Shown here: positions 27,560 to 37,417 of the stretch, piece after piece
Layout: each line of letters starts with the position of its first letter
Numbering within the stretch: the first letter of the stretch is position 1
NCBI GenBank assembly: GCA_963716255.1
Contig: OY970303.1
Location: 4,320,001 to 4,384,000 of the forward strand
Origin: an uncultured Gemmatimonadales bacterium
GTDB taxonomy: Bacteria > Gemmatimonadota > Gemmatimonadetes > Longimicrobiales > Longimicrobiaceae
Length of the DNA stretch: 64,000 nucleotides
Direction of reading: 5' to 3'
Position numbers and translations under genes: made by a program
Notes under the pieces: model-generated
Database searches by the model: none
What the model saw: the letters and a program-made list of their open reading frames with translations, nothing else
Told to the model about the DNA's origin: nothing

Positions 27560-30500
27560 GCGGCCTCGGAACGGCCTGGAAGGGCGGGATTCGGGCGTGT
27601 CCCCGGCTGGCGCCGGGGTCGGGCTTCGGCTCCGTAACGCACGATAAAACCGTGCGTAACGGAGTCGAGCCCCGGCAAACAGCCGCCGGGTCTCGCCCCT
27701 TCGGGCCGAAATCCCTCACGCGGGTTTGGCGCTGGCGTCCGCGGGGGTGGGCCCCCTCACCCCCCGGCCCCCTCTCCCCCGCAAGCGGGGGAAAGGGGGA
27801 GAACGGCCACGACACGCCGCAAGTCGAGGCTCAGGAAGCCCTCCCCCAGAATTGGGGGAGGGTGGCGGCTCGGAGGCCGCCGGGTGGGGGCCCCGCCGAG
27901 GGCTCGCCCGGGAGCACGTTCCGCAGTGCTCCCCTCCCCCTTGCGGGGAGGGGGTCGCTGTTGCCGTTCCTGCTCCCGCTCGCCCTCGCGCTCCTGTCCG
28001 CCTGCGCACCCGCTGCCGTCCCGGCACCTGCAGGTCCCGCCACGTCGCCCGCCGCGTCGCCGGCCCAGTCCCCCGTGCAGGCCGGGCTGCGGGACGACTT
28101 CGAGTCGCTGGAGGGGTGGAGCGCGCACCCGGCGGAGGGGGTGGAGCTGAGGATCGGGCAGGACGCGGGGTTCCAGGGGCGGGCCATGCGCCTGGACTTC
28201 GACTTCCACGGGGGGGCGGGGTACGCCATCGCCCGGCGGCGGCTCCCGGTGAAGCTGCCGTACGACTACGAGTTCTCCTTCCGCATCCGGGCGGAGGCGC
28301 CGGTCAACAACCTGGAGTTCAAGCTCCTCGACCCCGGCGGCGAGAACGTGTGGTGGGTCAACCGCCGCAGCTTCGACTTCCCGCGCGAGTGGCGCACGGT
28401 GCGCGTGCGCAAGCGTCACCTGGAGTTCGCCTGGGGGCCGCGCGGCGGCGGGGAGCCGGACACGCTGTCCGCGCTGGAGATCGTGGTGGCGGCGGGGACG
28501 GGAGGGAAGGGCACGGTGTGGATCGACGACCTGGTCCTGCGCCCGCGCCGGGAGCCCCTGCCGTACGTGGTCCTGCCGGTGCCAGGGGCCTCGTCGTCCG
28601 CGGACGGAGCGGAGGCGGCGCGGGCGCTGGACCGCGACACGCTCACGGCGTGGCGGAGCGCCGCGGACGGGGAGCAGCGGTGGGAGGTGGACTTCCGGGA
28701 CGGCGAGGAGCTGGGCGGCGCCACGCTTCACTGGGACCCGCTGGACTACGCCACCGCGTACGCGGTGGAAGTCTCGGAGGACGGCGCGCGCTGGGAGACC
28801 GCCTGGCGCGTGGAGGGCGGCGACGGCGGGCGCGACCCGCTGTACCTCCCGGAGACGGAAGCGCGCCGCGTCCGCCTGCGCCTGCTGCGCAGCAGCCGCG
28901 GACGCGGCTACGCCCTGCGCGAGGTCATGCTGCGGCCGCCGGAGTGGAGCGCCACGCCCAACGCCTTCTGGGCCTCGCTCGCGAAGGAGGCGCCGCGGGG
29001 CGCGTACCCGCGCTACCTCACCGGCGAGCAGTCGTACTGGACCCTCCTGGGCGTCAGCGGCGCCCTGCGCGAGGCGCTGATCAACACCGACGGCGCGGTG
29101 GAAACGGGGCTGGGCGGTCCCTCGCTGGAGCCCTTTCTGTACGCGGACGGGCGGCTGGTGACGTGGAGCGACACGCGCGCCACGCAGTCGCTGGCCCGGG
29201 GCTACCTCCCCATCCCTTCCGTCGACTGGGAGGCGGGGCCGCTGCGGCTGCGGGTGACCGCCTTCGCCGTGGGCGCGCCGGACGCATCCACCGTGTACGC
29301 GCGCTACCGGGTCGAGAACCGCGGCGCAGAGCCGCGGGACGTGCGCCTGTTCCTGGCGCTGCGGCCCTTCCAGGTGAACCCTCCCTGGCAGTTCCTGAAC
29401 GTGCTGGGCGGCGCCGCGCGCGTCCGCGAGATCGCCTGGGACGGCGAGGCGGTGTCGGTGAACGGCGCGCGGACGGTGCTGCCCGTGACGCCGCCGGGCG
29501 GCTTCGGCGCCACCCCGTTCGAGCGCGGGGAGATCGTGGAGCACCTGCGCGCCGGGCGGCTCCCGGAGGCCGTGTCCGCGGTGGACGCGCGGGGCTTCGC
29601 GTCGGGCGCGCTGGCGTACCCGCTCGCCGTCCCGGCGGGCGGATCGCGCGAGGTCGTCGTCGCCATCCCGCTCCAGCCCGGCTCGCCGGTGGCGCGCGCC
29701 GCGGGCGGCGAGGATCCCGCGCGGCTGGCGGCGCGGCTGGAGGAGGAAGCGGCGCGGGGGTGGGAGGCGGAGCTGGGGCGCTTCACGCTGCGCCTCCCCG
29801 CGGCCATGCACGGCGAGGAGATCGCGAACACGCTGCGGACGCAGCTCGCGTACATCCTCGTCAACCGCGACGGTCCCTCCATCCAGCCCGGCTCGCGCTC
29901 GTACGACCGCTCGTGGATCCGCGACGGCTCGCTGACCTCGGCGGCGCTGCTGCGGCTGGGGCACCCGGAGGAGGTGAAGGCGTTCGCGGAGTGGTACGCG
30001 CCCCACCAGCGCGCCAGCGGATACGTCCCCTGCTGCGTCAGCTTCACCGGCGCGGACCCGGTGCCCGAGCACGACAGCCACGGCCAGCTCGTCTACCTGG
30101 TCGCCGAGTACCACCGGCACACCGGCGACCGGGCGTTCCTGGAGCGCATGTGGCCGCACGTGGAGCGCGCGGCGGCGTACATCGACACGCTGCGCCGCGA
30201 GCGCATGACCGCGGAGTACCGCACGCCGGAGAAGCGCGCCTTCTACGGGCTGCTGCCGCAGTCCATCAGCCACGAGGGGTACTCGGCGAAGCCCATGCAC
30301 TCGTACTGGGACGACTTCTTCGCGTATCGCGGGCTGGACGACGCGGTGTACGTGGCCGGCGCGCTGGGCCGCACCGCCGACCGCGCGCGCTTCGCCGCCG
30401 CGCGCGACGCCTTCCGCCGCGACCTGCTGGCCTCGCTGCGGCTGTCCATGGCGGCGCACGGCATCGACTTCCTCCCCGGCTCGGTGGAGCTGGGCGACTT

Positions 30501-31182
30501 CGACGCCACCTCCACCACCGTGGGGCTGGTGCCGGGCGGGCTGGAGGGCGAGCTGCCGCGGGACGCGCTGCTCGCCACCTTCGAGCGCTACTACCGCGAG
30601 AGCATCCGCGCGCGCCGCGAGGGCGGCGCGTGGGACGCCTACACGCCGTACGAGTGGCGCGCGGTGGGCACCTTCGTTCGGCTGGGCTGGAAGGACCGCG
30701 CCCACGAGGCCATCGACCTGTTCTTCGGCCACCGGCGGCCGGCGGCGTGGAACCAGTGGGCGGAGGTGGTCTTCCGCGACCCCCGGACCCCCAGGTTCAT
30801 CGGCGACATGCCGCACACCTGGGTGGGGTCGGACTTCATCCGCTCCGTGCTGGACCTGTTCGCGTACGAGCGCGCCGCGGACGGGGCGCTGGTGGTGGGC
30901 GCGGGGATCCCGGCCGCGTGGGCGGAGGAGGCCCCCGGGGCGACGGTGGAGCGGCTGCGCACGCACTACGGGCCGCTGGACCTGCGCGTGCGTTCGGAGG
31001 GGACCACGGTGCGCGTGCACGTGGGCGGCGAGGGGCTGCGGGTGCCGCCGGGCGGGGTGGTGGTGCGGTCGCCGCTGGACCGCCCCATCCGCCGCGCCAC
31101 GGTGAACGGCCGCGCGGTGCGGCCTTCGGATCACGAGATCACGGTCCGCCGGCTCCCGGCGGAGATCGTGATGGAGCACTGA
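27556..31182 (+). CDS. Lipoprotein with CBM-like and discoidin (F5/8) domains plus six-hairpin glycosidase-like domain (start ATG 27556 or TTG 27961)
   Basis: Lipobox LSAC; F5/8-type TAWRS and YAVEVSEDG; RSWIRDG, SHEGY, YTPYE, GDMPHTW. Confidence 0.8.
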   Translation: MSGLGTAWKGGIRACPRLAPGSGFGSVTHDKTVRNGVEPRQTAAGSRPFGPKSLTRVWRWRPRGWAPSPPGPLSPASGGKGENGHDTPQVEAQEALPQNWGRVAARRPPGGGPAEGSPGSTFRSAPLPLAGRGSLLPFLLPLALALLSACAPAAVPAPAGPATSPAASPAQSPVQAGLRDDFESLEGWSAHPAEGVELRIGQDAGFQGRAMRLDFDFHGGAGYAIARRRLPVKLPYDYEFSFRIRAEAPVNNLEFKLLDPGGENVWWVNRRSFDFPREWRTVRVRKRHLEFAWGPRGGGEPDTLSALEIVVAAGTGGKGTVWIDDLVLRPRREPLPYVVLPVPGASSSADGAEAARALDRDTLTAWRSAADGEQRWEVDFRDGEELGGATLHWDPLDYATAYAVEVSEDGARWETAWRVEGGDGGRDPLYLPETEARRVRLRLLRSSRGRGYALREVMLRPPEWSATPNAFWASLAKEAPRGAYPRYLTGEQSYWTLLGVSGALREALINTDGAVETGLGGPSLEPFLYADGRLVTWSDTRATQSLARGYLPIPSVDWEAGPLRLRVTAFAVGAPDASTVYARYRVENRGAEPRDVRLFLALRPFQVNPPWQFLNVLGGAARVREIAWDGEAVSVNGARTVLPVTPPGGFGATPFERGEIVEHLRAGRLPEAVSAVDARGFASGALAYPLAVPAGGSREVVVAIPLQPGSPVARAAGGEDPARLAARLEEEAARGWEAELGRFTLRLPAAMHGEEIANTLRTQLAYILVNRDGPSIQPGSRSYDRSWIRDGSLTSAALLRLGHPEEVKAFAEWYAPHQRASGYVPCCVSFTGADPVPEHDSHGQLVYLVAEYHRHTGDRAFLERMWPHVERAAAYIDTLRRERMTAEYRTPEKRAFYGLLPQSISHEGYSAKPMHSYWDDFFAYRGLDDAVYVAGALGRTADRARFAAARDAFRRDLLASLRLSMAAHGIDFLPGSVELGDFDATSTTVGLVPGGLEGELPRDALLATFERYYRESIRARREGGAWDAYTPYEWRAVGTFVRLGWKDRAHEAIDLFFGHRRPAAWNQWAEVVFRDPRTPRFIGDMPHTWVGSDFIRSVLDLFAYERAADGALVVGAGIPAAWAEEAPGATVERLRTHYGPLDLRVRSEGTTVRVHVGGEGLRVPPGGVVVRSPLDRPIRRATVNGRAVRPSDHEITVRRLPAEIVMEH
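27587..27721 (-). repeat. Family A structured repeat (A5)
   Basis: Variable stem ACGCACG/CGTGCGT. Confidence 0.95.
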
Positions 31183-31186
31183 AAGG

Positions 31187-34100
31187 ATGGACGAGCAGAA
31201 CGGAACCGACGCGCCGGGGAGCCGCGTGCTTTCCAACGGGCGCTGGTCGACGATCGTGACCGCGGCCGGCGGAGGCTTCTCCGCCTGGGAGGGGTACGCG
31301 CTCACCCGCTGGGCGCCCGACCGCACGCGCGACGCGGACGGCTTCTTCGTCTACCTGCGGAACGCGGAGGGCCGCGTGTGGTCCGCGGGGCTCCAGCCGG
31401 TGGGGCGCGGGGCGGACCGCTACGGCGCGCGCTCCGGGCCCGGCCGTGCGGAGATCGTCCGCGTGGACGGAGAGATCGAGACGCGCCTGGAGGTGTGCGT
31501 CGCGCCGGCGGACGACGTGGAGCTGCGCCGCGTCACCCTGGTCAACCACGGGGACCGCGCCCGCGCGGTGGAGCTGACCACGTACGCGGAGGTGGTCCTC
31601 AACACGCCCGCGGGGGACGCGGGGCACCCGGCCTTCTCCAAGCTGTTCGTGCAGACGGGATGGTGGGAGGAGCGGGAGGCGCTGGTCGCCTGGCGCCGCC
31701 CGCGCAGCCCGGAGGACGAGCCGCTGTGGCTGGCGCACCGGCTCGTGGGCGATGGAGTGATCGTGGGGCACGAGACCGACCGCGCGCGCTTCCTGGGCCG
31801 GGGGCGGACGACCGCCGCTCCCGCCGCGCTGGACGTGGGCACGATGCTCTCGGGCACGGTGGGTAACGTGCTGGACCCGGTGTTCGCGCTGCGCCGCTTT
31901 GTCGTGCTTTCGCCGGGGTCCCCCGCGAGCGTGGTCGCGGTGCTCGCCGCGGGGCGTACCCGCGAGGCGGTGGAGGCGCTGCTGGACCGCTACGCCGCGC
32001 CGGAGGCGGCGGAGCGCGCCTTCCGCGAGGCGGCGGAGGCGCCGGAGACCGACGGCACGGCAGCGCTCGGCGTCCCCGCGTCGTGGCTGCGGCACCTCGC
32101 CGCCCTCCCGTCGCCGGCCGGCCCGGCGGGCATCGGCGCGAACGATCGCTTCCGGCCGCTCGGGACCGGCGGCGCCGACGCGGCCGATGGGGACCCGCTG
32201 GGCTGGGCGGACGAGGCGCTGCGCTTCTTCAACGGGCACGGCGGGTTCAGCGCGGACGGGCGGGAGTACGTGGTCCGCCTGGAGCCCGGCGAGCACGGGC
32301 CGCGCCGCCCGCCGCTCCCCTGGACCAGCGTGGTGGCCAACGAGGAGGCGGGGTTCCTGGTGTCGGAAAGCGGGGCGGGGTACACCTGGAGCGCCAACAG
32401 CCGGGAGAACCGCCTGACGCCGTGGTCCAACGACCCGGTGGCCGATCCCCACGGCGAGGCGTTGTACCTGCGCGACGAGGAGGCGGGCGTCTTCTGGTCG
32501 CCCACGCCGGGCCCGGCGCCCGGAGCGGGCCCGTACGAGGCGCGCCACGGCTGGGGCTATACGCGCTTCCGCCACGCGGGCGCGGGGCTGGAGCAGGACA
32601 CCTGCATGTTCGTCCCCCGCCGCGACCCGGTGAAGATCGTGCGCCTGCGCGTGACCAACCGCGGCGACCGGGCGCGGCGTCTGTCGGCCTGGGGCTACTT
32701 CCAGTGGGTGCTGGGCGGGCTGCCGCAGGAGAGCGGGTGGGACGTGGCGACGCGGCTGGACCCGGCCACCGGCGCCGTGCTGGCCGTCAACCGCGAGCGC
32801 GGCGAGTTCTCGGGCCGGGTGGCCTTCGCCGCGGCGCTCCCCCCGGCGGGCGGGGGCGAGATGGAATGCACGGCGGACCGCGCGGCGTTTCTGGGGCCCT
32901 ACGGCGAAACGTCCTCCCCCGCGGCGCTCCGCTCGGCCGCGCCGCTGGACGGCCGCACCGGCGCCGGGCTGGACCCCTGCGCCGCCTTCCGGGTGCCGTT
33001 CACCCTGGCGCCGGGGGCAAGCGTGGAGCTGGCCTTCCTGCTGGGGGAGGCGGAGGACGAGGCGGCTGCGCGCGCGGTCCTGTCGCGCTACGCCGACGCG
33101 GACGCCGTGGGCCGGGCGCTGGGGGAGGCGCGCGCCTTCTGGACGGACACCCTCGCGGCCGTGCAGGTGGCGACGCCGTCGCCGGAGCTGGACCTGATGG
33201 TCAACGGCTGGCTGGCGTACCAGAACCTGGCCTGCCGGGTGTGGGGGCGCTCCGCGTTCTACCAGTCGGGCGGCGCCTTCGGGTTCCGCGACCAGCTCCA
33301 GGACGCGTCCGCGCTGGTGTACCTGGACCCGGGGCTCACCCGCGCCCAGATCGTCCTCCACGCCGCCCACCAGTTCGTGGAGGGCGACGTGCTGCACTGG
33401 TGGCACCCGCCACTCTCCAAGGGGATCCGCACCCGCTTCTCCGACGACCTGCTCTGGCTGCCGTACGTCGCCGCCTTCTACGTGGGCGCCACCGGCGACG
33501 CCGGGGTGCTGGACGAGGAGGCGCGCTTCGTCGCCGCGCGCGCGCTGGAGCCCGGCGAGGACGAGGCGTTCCTGGTACCGGACGATTCGGGGGAGCGCGC
33601 CTCCGTGTACGAGCACTGCTGCCGCGCGCTGGACCGCTCGCTCACCCGCGGGGCGCACGGCCTGCCGCTGATGGGCACCGGCGACTGGAACGACGGGATG
33701 AACCGCGTGGGCCGCGAGGGGCGCGGCGAGAGCGTGTGGCTGGGCTTCTTCCTCCTGGACATCCTGGACGATTGGATCCCGCTGTGCGAGCGGCGGGGCG
33801 ACGCGGAGCGGGCCGCGCGCTACCTCGCGTACCGCGCCGCCCTGGCGGCGGCGCTCGACGCCGACGGCGCGGGGTGGGACGGCGCCTGGTACCGCCGCGC
33901 GTACTACGACGACGGGGCTCCGCTGGGCTCCGCCGCCAACGACGAGTGCCGCATCGACGCCATCGCCCAGGCGTGGGCGGTGCTTTCCGGCGCGGCCCCG
34001 GCGGAGCGCGCCGAGAGGGCGCTGGACGCGTTGGAGGAGCACCTGGTCTCGGAGCGCGACGGCATCATCCGCCTGCTCACCCCGGCCTTCGACCGCACGC

Positions 34101-34702
34101 CGCACGACCCGGGGTACATCAAGGGCTACCTCCCCGGCGTGCGCGAGAACGGGGGCCAGTACACCCACGCCGCGCTCTGGGCGGTGCGCGCCCTCGCGGA
34201 GGCGGGGCGGTGCGGCCGCGCCGCGCGCCTGCTGGAGATGCTGAGCCCGGTCAGCCACGGACGCACCGCGGAGGAGGCCGCCGTCTACCAGGCGGAGCCC
34301 TACGTGGTGGCGGCGGACGTGTACGGGGTGGCGCCGCACGTGGGGCGCGGCGGGTGGACGTGGTACACGGGCTCGGCGGGGTGGATGTTCCGGGTGGCGC
34401 TGGAGTCGGTGCTGGGCTTCACCCTGCGCGGCGGCGACACGCTGGTGCTGCGCCCCTGCATCCCCGCCGAGTGGCCCGGCTTCACGGTGCGCCACCGCCT
34501 CCCGGACGGGCGCACGACGTACGAGGTGGTGGTGACGCGCGGCGCGGAGACGCGGGCGTCGCTGGACGGCGAGGAGGTGCCGCTGGAGGGGGCCACGGTG
34601 CGCGTGCCGCTCGCGAGGGACGGCGCGGCGCACCGGGTGGAGGTGGTGCTGGGCCCGGACTCGGCCCCGGTGTACACGCCGGCCCTCACCCGGCTCGCTT
34701 GA
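31187..34702 (+). CDS. GH94 glycoside phosphorylase (NdvB C-terminal-like, duplicated N-terminal domain)
   Basis: LSNGRW, HPAFSKLF, YQSGGAFGFRDQLQD, GTGDWNDG, RENGGQYTH, WYTGSAGW. Confidence 0.92.
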   Translation: MDEQNGTDAPGSRVLSNGRWSTIVTAAGGGFSAWEGYALTRWAPDRTRDADGFFVYLRNAEGRVWSAGLQPVGRGADRYGARSGPGRAEIVRVDGEIETRLEVCVAPADDVELRRVTLVNHGDRARAVELTTYAEVVLNTPAGDAGHPAFSKLFVQTGWWEEREALVAWRRPRSPEDEPLWLAHRLVGDGVIVGHETDRARFLGRGRTTAAPAALDVGTMLSGTVGNVLDPVFALRRFVVLSPGSPASVVAVLAAGRTREAVEALLDRYAAPEAAERAFREAAEAPETDGTAALGVPASWLRHLAALPSPAGPAGIGANDRFRPLGTGGADAADGDPLGWADEALRFFNGHGGFSADGREYVVRLEPGEHGPRRPPLPWTSVVANEEAGFLVSESGAGYTWSANSRENRLTPWSNDPVADPHGEALYLRDEEAGVFWSPTPGPAPGAGPYEARHGWGYTRFRHAGAGLEQDTCMFVPRRDPVKIVRLRVTNRGDRARRLSAWGYFQWVLGGLPQESGWDVATRLDPATGAVLAVNRERGEFSGRVAFAAALPPAGGGEMECTADRAAFLGPYGETSSPAALRSAAPLDGRTGAGLDPCAAFRVPFTLAPGASVELAFLLGEAEDEAAARAVLSRYADADAVGRALGEARAFWTDTLAAVQVATPSPELDLMVNGWLAYQNLACRVWGRSAFYQSGGAFGFRDQLQDASALVYLDPGLTRAQIVLHAAHQFVEGDVLHWWHPPLSKGIRTRFSDDLLWLPYVAAFYVGATGDAGVLDEEARFVAARALEPGEDEAFLVPDDSGERASVYEHCCRALDRSLTRGAHGLPLMGTGDWNDGMNRVGREGRGESVWLGFFLLDILDDWIPLCERRGDAERAARYLAYRAALAAALDADGAGWDGAWYRRAYYDDGAPLGSAANDECRIDAIAQAWAVLSGAAPAERAERALDALEEHLVSERDGIIRLLTPAFDRTPHDPGYIKGYLPGVRENGGQYTHAALWAVRALAEAGRCGRAARLLEMLSPVSHGRTAEEAAVYQAEPYVVAADVYGVAPHVGRGGWTWYTGSAGWMFRVALESVLGFTLRGGDTLVLRPCIPAEWPGFTVRHRLPDGRTTYEVVVTRGAETRASLDGEEVPLEGATVRVPLARDGAAHRVEVVLGPDSAPVYTPALTRLA

Positions 34703-34733
34703 GGCTCGCCACCCTCTCCCAATTCTGGGAGAG
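34683..34733 (+). repeat. Family D palindromic repeat overlapping the GH94 stop codon
   Basis: CCCTCACCCGGCTCGCTTGAGGCTCGCCACCCTCTCCC...GGGAGAGGG; related copies near 37288, 41437, 46505 and 55685. Confidence 0.8.
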
Positions 34734-34770
34734 GGAGCAACGGATGCATGTTGAGTACGGGCAGGCAGTT

Positions 34771-34902
34771 GCGTGAGGGATTACGGCCCGAAGGGGCGAG
34801 ACCCCGCGCAGTTTGCGGGGGCTCGACTCCGTTGGGCTGCGTCGTTTGCAGCCCTACGGAGCCGAAGCCCGACCCCGGCGCCAGCCGGGGGCACGCCCAA
34901 CC
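34771..34902 (+). repeat. Family A structured repeat (A6)
   Basis: Variable stem GGGCTGC/GCAGCCC. Confidence 0.95.
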
Positions 34903-34927
34903 AGGCCGTTCAGAGCCGTTCCAGCCG

Positions 34928-35671
34928 TCAGTCGTCGCCGTCCCGCGGAAACGGGTCGATCTCCACCCCCGCCGACTCAAGCAGCTGGATCGCCGTCTCC
35001 GACAGGTCGCGCCGCACCATCTCCTGCAGGTCGAAGATCTCCTCCGGCTGGAGGTGGTCCCAGAAGTTGCCCTCCTGCCCGGTGCGGATCCCGCGCCCGC
35101 TGCGCAGCTCGTTGCCGCTGGCGACGGCGGCGTGCACCAGCGCCGGGTCCGGGTCCTCGCCCAGGAAGTCCAGCACGCGCCCCAGCGCCAGGGCGGGATC
35201 GGCGTTCAGCGTGCCGTACGAGAGCAGAGCCACGTCGCGGTGGGTGAGGAGCTTGGGCGCCCAGGCGTTCATGTAGCGGATCCACCCGGGGAGCCCCAGC
35301 CGGGGATGCCCCATGAAGCCGCGCATGGTCCCGCAGTACTCCGCCTTTTCCGCGGCCAGGTGGAAGTACGCGGAAACCACCACGTCGTAGGCGTTCCGCG
35401 CCAGGAAGACCAGCGGGTACCCGCGGTGCTGCTCCCACGAGTACGTCTGGTGGCAGACGGCGACCAGGGGGAGGCTGCGCCGGTCCGTGAAGGCGAACGC
35501 CGGGTAGCCGCGCGCGCCCTCGGGATGGTGGTCCGGAACCACGGTGAACACCGTTTCCGGCGTGACCTCGATCCCCAGCCCGTGGCGCGCCGCCAGGTAG
35601 TGGGCGATCAGGTACCGGAGCCAGCGGCCCCCGCTGCGGGGATGGGAGCAGATCAGTGTGTCCGCGGGCAT
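34928..35671 (-). CDS. Sulfotransferase domain protein
   Basis: SHPRSGGRW (5'-PSB loop-like) and RNAYDVVVS (3'-PB-like). Confidence 0.75.
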   Translation of the reverse strand: MPADTLICSHPRSGGRWLRYLIAHYLAARHGLGIEVTPETVFTVVPDHHPEGARGYPAFAFTDRRSLPLVAVCHQTYSWEQHRGYPLVFLARNAYDVVVSAYFHLAAEKAEYCGTMRGFMGHPRLGLPGWIRYMNAWAPKLLTHRDVALLSYGTLNADPALALGRVLDFLGEDPDPALVHAAVASGNELRSGRGIRTGQEGNFWDHLQPEEIFDLQEMVRRDLSETAIQLLESAGVEIDPFPRDGDD

Positions 35672-35760
35672 GTCGGCGCAGTTCGGGGAGCGGGGGACGT
35701 CCCTTGAGGTTAGCGGAAACCCGTGCCGGGAATCAAGGCTCGGCGGCGGAGTCGCCGGCA

Positions 35761-36561
35761 TCAGGGCCAGGGAACAGGCCGCTCCGACACCAGGTCCAGG
35801 ATCAGGAAGTACGGCACCCGCGCGGCGTCCTCCAGGTCTGGCCGGGCGCGCACCGCCTCCTCCGTCGGCCGCGGCTCGCGGAGGGCGCGAAGGCGGAACC
35901 CCGCGCCGTGGATCCAGCCGAACCAGTCCTCCAGCGTCGCGTGCTGGGCCGGCGTGGCGAAGTCGTAGGCCCACCCCTTCCACGCGTACTCCAGCGGCCC
36001 GCGCTCGAAGTAGCGGTCGATGCACAGCCAGCGCTTGCGCCCCGCCTCGTCGCGCTCCCACCGGCGGAAGGGCGTGTCGCTGCACGGGTGCGCGATGGAA
36101 ACGACGAACCGCCCCCCGGGCCGCAGCACCCCCGCGACGCCGCGCAGCACGGCCGGGACGTCCGGCATGTCCTGGAGCGCCAGGCACGACGCCGCCGCGT
36201 CGAACGCCCCGGCGGCGAAGCGGCCGCCGATCTCCGCCGCGTCCCCCACCTGGAAGTCGATCCCGAGCGGCTCCCCCGCCTCCCCGCGCCGCGCGTGCTC
36301 GATCATCCGCGGCGAGATGTCGAGGCCCGTGACCCGCGCGCCCCGCCGCGCCATCTCCCGCGCGAAGTAGCCGCTCCCGCACCCCACGTCCAGCAGGCGC
36401 AGTCCCCGCACGTCGCCGCACGCGTCCACCTGCGCCGGCCCGAAGAACTCGTACCGGTAGTGGTCGCGCCCGGAGGACTGTCCCTGCGCGTACGCGTCCG
36501 CCGCGTGGTCCCAGGCCTCGCGGACGGACGCGGCGTCGAACCGCTCCGGGCGCTCCGGCAC
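35761..36561 (-). CDS. Class I SAM-dependent methyltransferase
   Basis: LLDVGCGSG, GLDIS, LRPGGRF. Confidence 0.9.
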   Translation of the reverse strand: MPERPERFDAASVREAWDHAADAYAQGQSSGRDHYRYEFFGPAQVDACGDVRGLRLLDVGCGSGYFAREMARRGARVTGLDISPRMIEHARRGEAGEPLGIDFQVGDAAEIGGRFAAGAFDAAASCLALQDMPDVPAVLRGVAGVLRPGGRFVVSIAHPCSDTPFRRWERDEAGRKRWLCIDRYFERGPLEYAWKGWAYDFATPAQHATLEDWFGWIHGAGFRLRALREPRPTEEAVRARPDLEDAARVPYFLILDLVSERPVPWP

Positions 36562-36567
36562 GGGCGG

Positions 36568-37068
36568 CTAGCGCTCGTCCGCGGTGGGGCCGTACATGGA
36601 GGGGACGGGCACCTCCACCAGGCGCAGGTACACGCCGAGCTGCGCGCGGTGGTGCACCAGGTGGTTGAGCATGCTGGTGCGGAGCATCAGGTAGCGGGGC
36701 TTGACGTCCACCGCCTGGCCGGCGGCCTTGAGCGTCCACTCCACCTGGAAGTCCTCGTCCGTGGCCGCGGCGATGGCGGCGCGGCCCTCCGCGGCGCCGC
36801 GGTCGAACTCCGCGAGCAGCGTTTCCGTGGTCTCGAAGCTGTACGCCATCGTGGGGCCGTCCACCGGCGCGATGTCCAGCTCCGTGCGCGTCATCATCAT
36901 CGTCGCCCAGCCGGGCATCCGCGCCACCAGCTGGGCCAGGTGGCCCATCGGGAACGACTTGGGGTGCGGCTTCCAGGTGCCTTTTTCGCTGGGGACGCGC
37001 TCCAGCACACGGCGCGTGGTGGCGATCTCGAGGTCGAACTCGGGGAGGAGCAGGTCGGCGATGGGCAT
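36568..37068 (-). CDS. DinB/DUF664 family protein
   Basis: WKPHPKS, NHLVHHRAQLGVYLRL, PSMYGP. Confidence 0.88.
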   Translation of the reverse strand: MPIADLLLPEFDLEIATTRRVLERVPSEKGTWKPHPKSFPMGHLAQLVARMPGWATMMMTRTELDIAPVDGPTMAYSFETTETLLAEFDRGAAEGRAAIAAATDEDFQVEWTLKAAGQAVDVKPRYLMLRTSMLNHLVHHRAQLGVYLRLVEVPVPSMYGPTADER

Positions 37069-37126
37069 GGGCGCTCACCTTGGAACGATGTGGATGGACG
37101 GGTACGGCAACGGCTCTTGAACGGCA

Positions 37127-37261
37127 GGGTTCGGGCGTGCCCCCGGCTGGCGCCGGGGTCGGGCTTCGGCTCCGTAAGCCCGCAAACAACGCGGGCTAAC
37201 GGAGTCGAGCCCCGGCAAACAGCCGCCGGGTCTCGCCCCTTCGGGCCGAAATCCCTCACGC
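37127..37261 (-). repeat. Family A structured repeat (A7)
   Basis: Variable stem AGCCCGC/GCGGGCT. Confidence 0.95.
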
Positions 37262-37417
37262 GGGGCTCGCGCTGACGTCCGCTTGGCCCCCACCCGGCTC
37301 GCTTAGGCTGGCCACCCTCCCCCGCAAGCGAGGGAGGGCTTCCCGCACCTCTGCTCTGTCGTGCACCCCCTCTCCCCTTGTGGGAGAGGGGCCGGGGGGA
37401 GGGGGGGCGCCGTCGCC

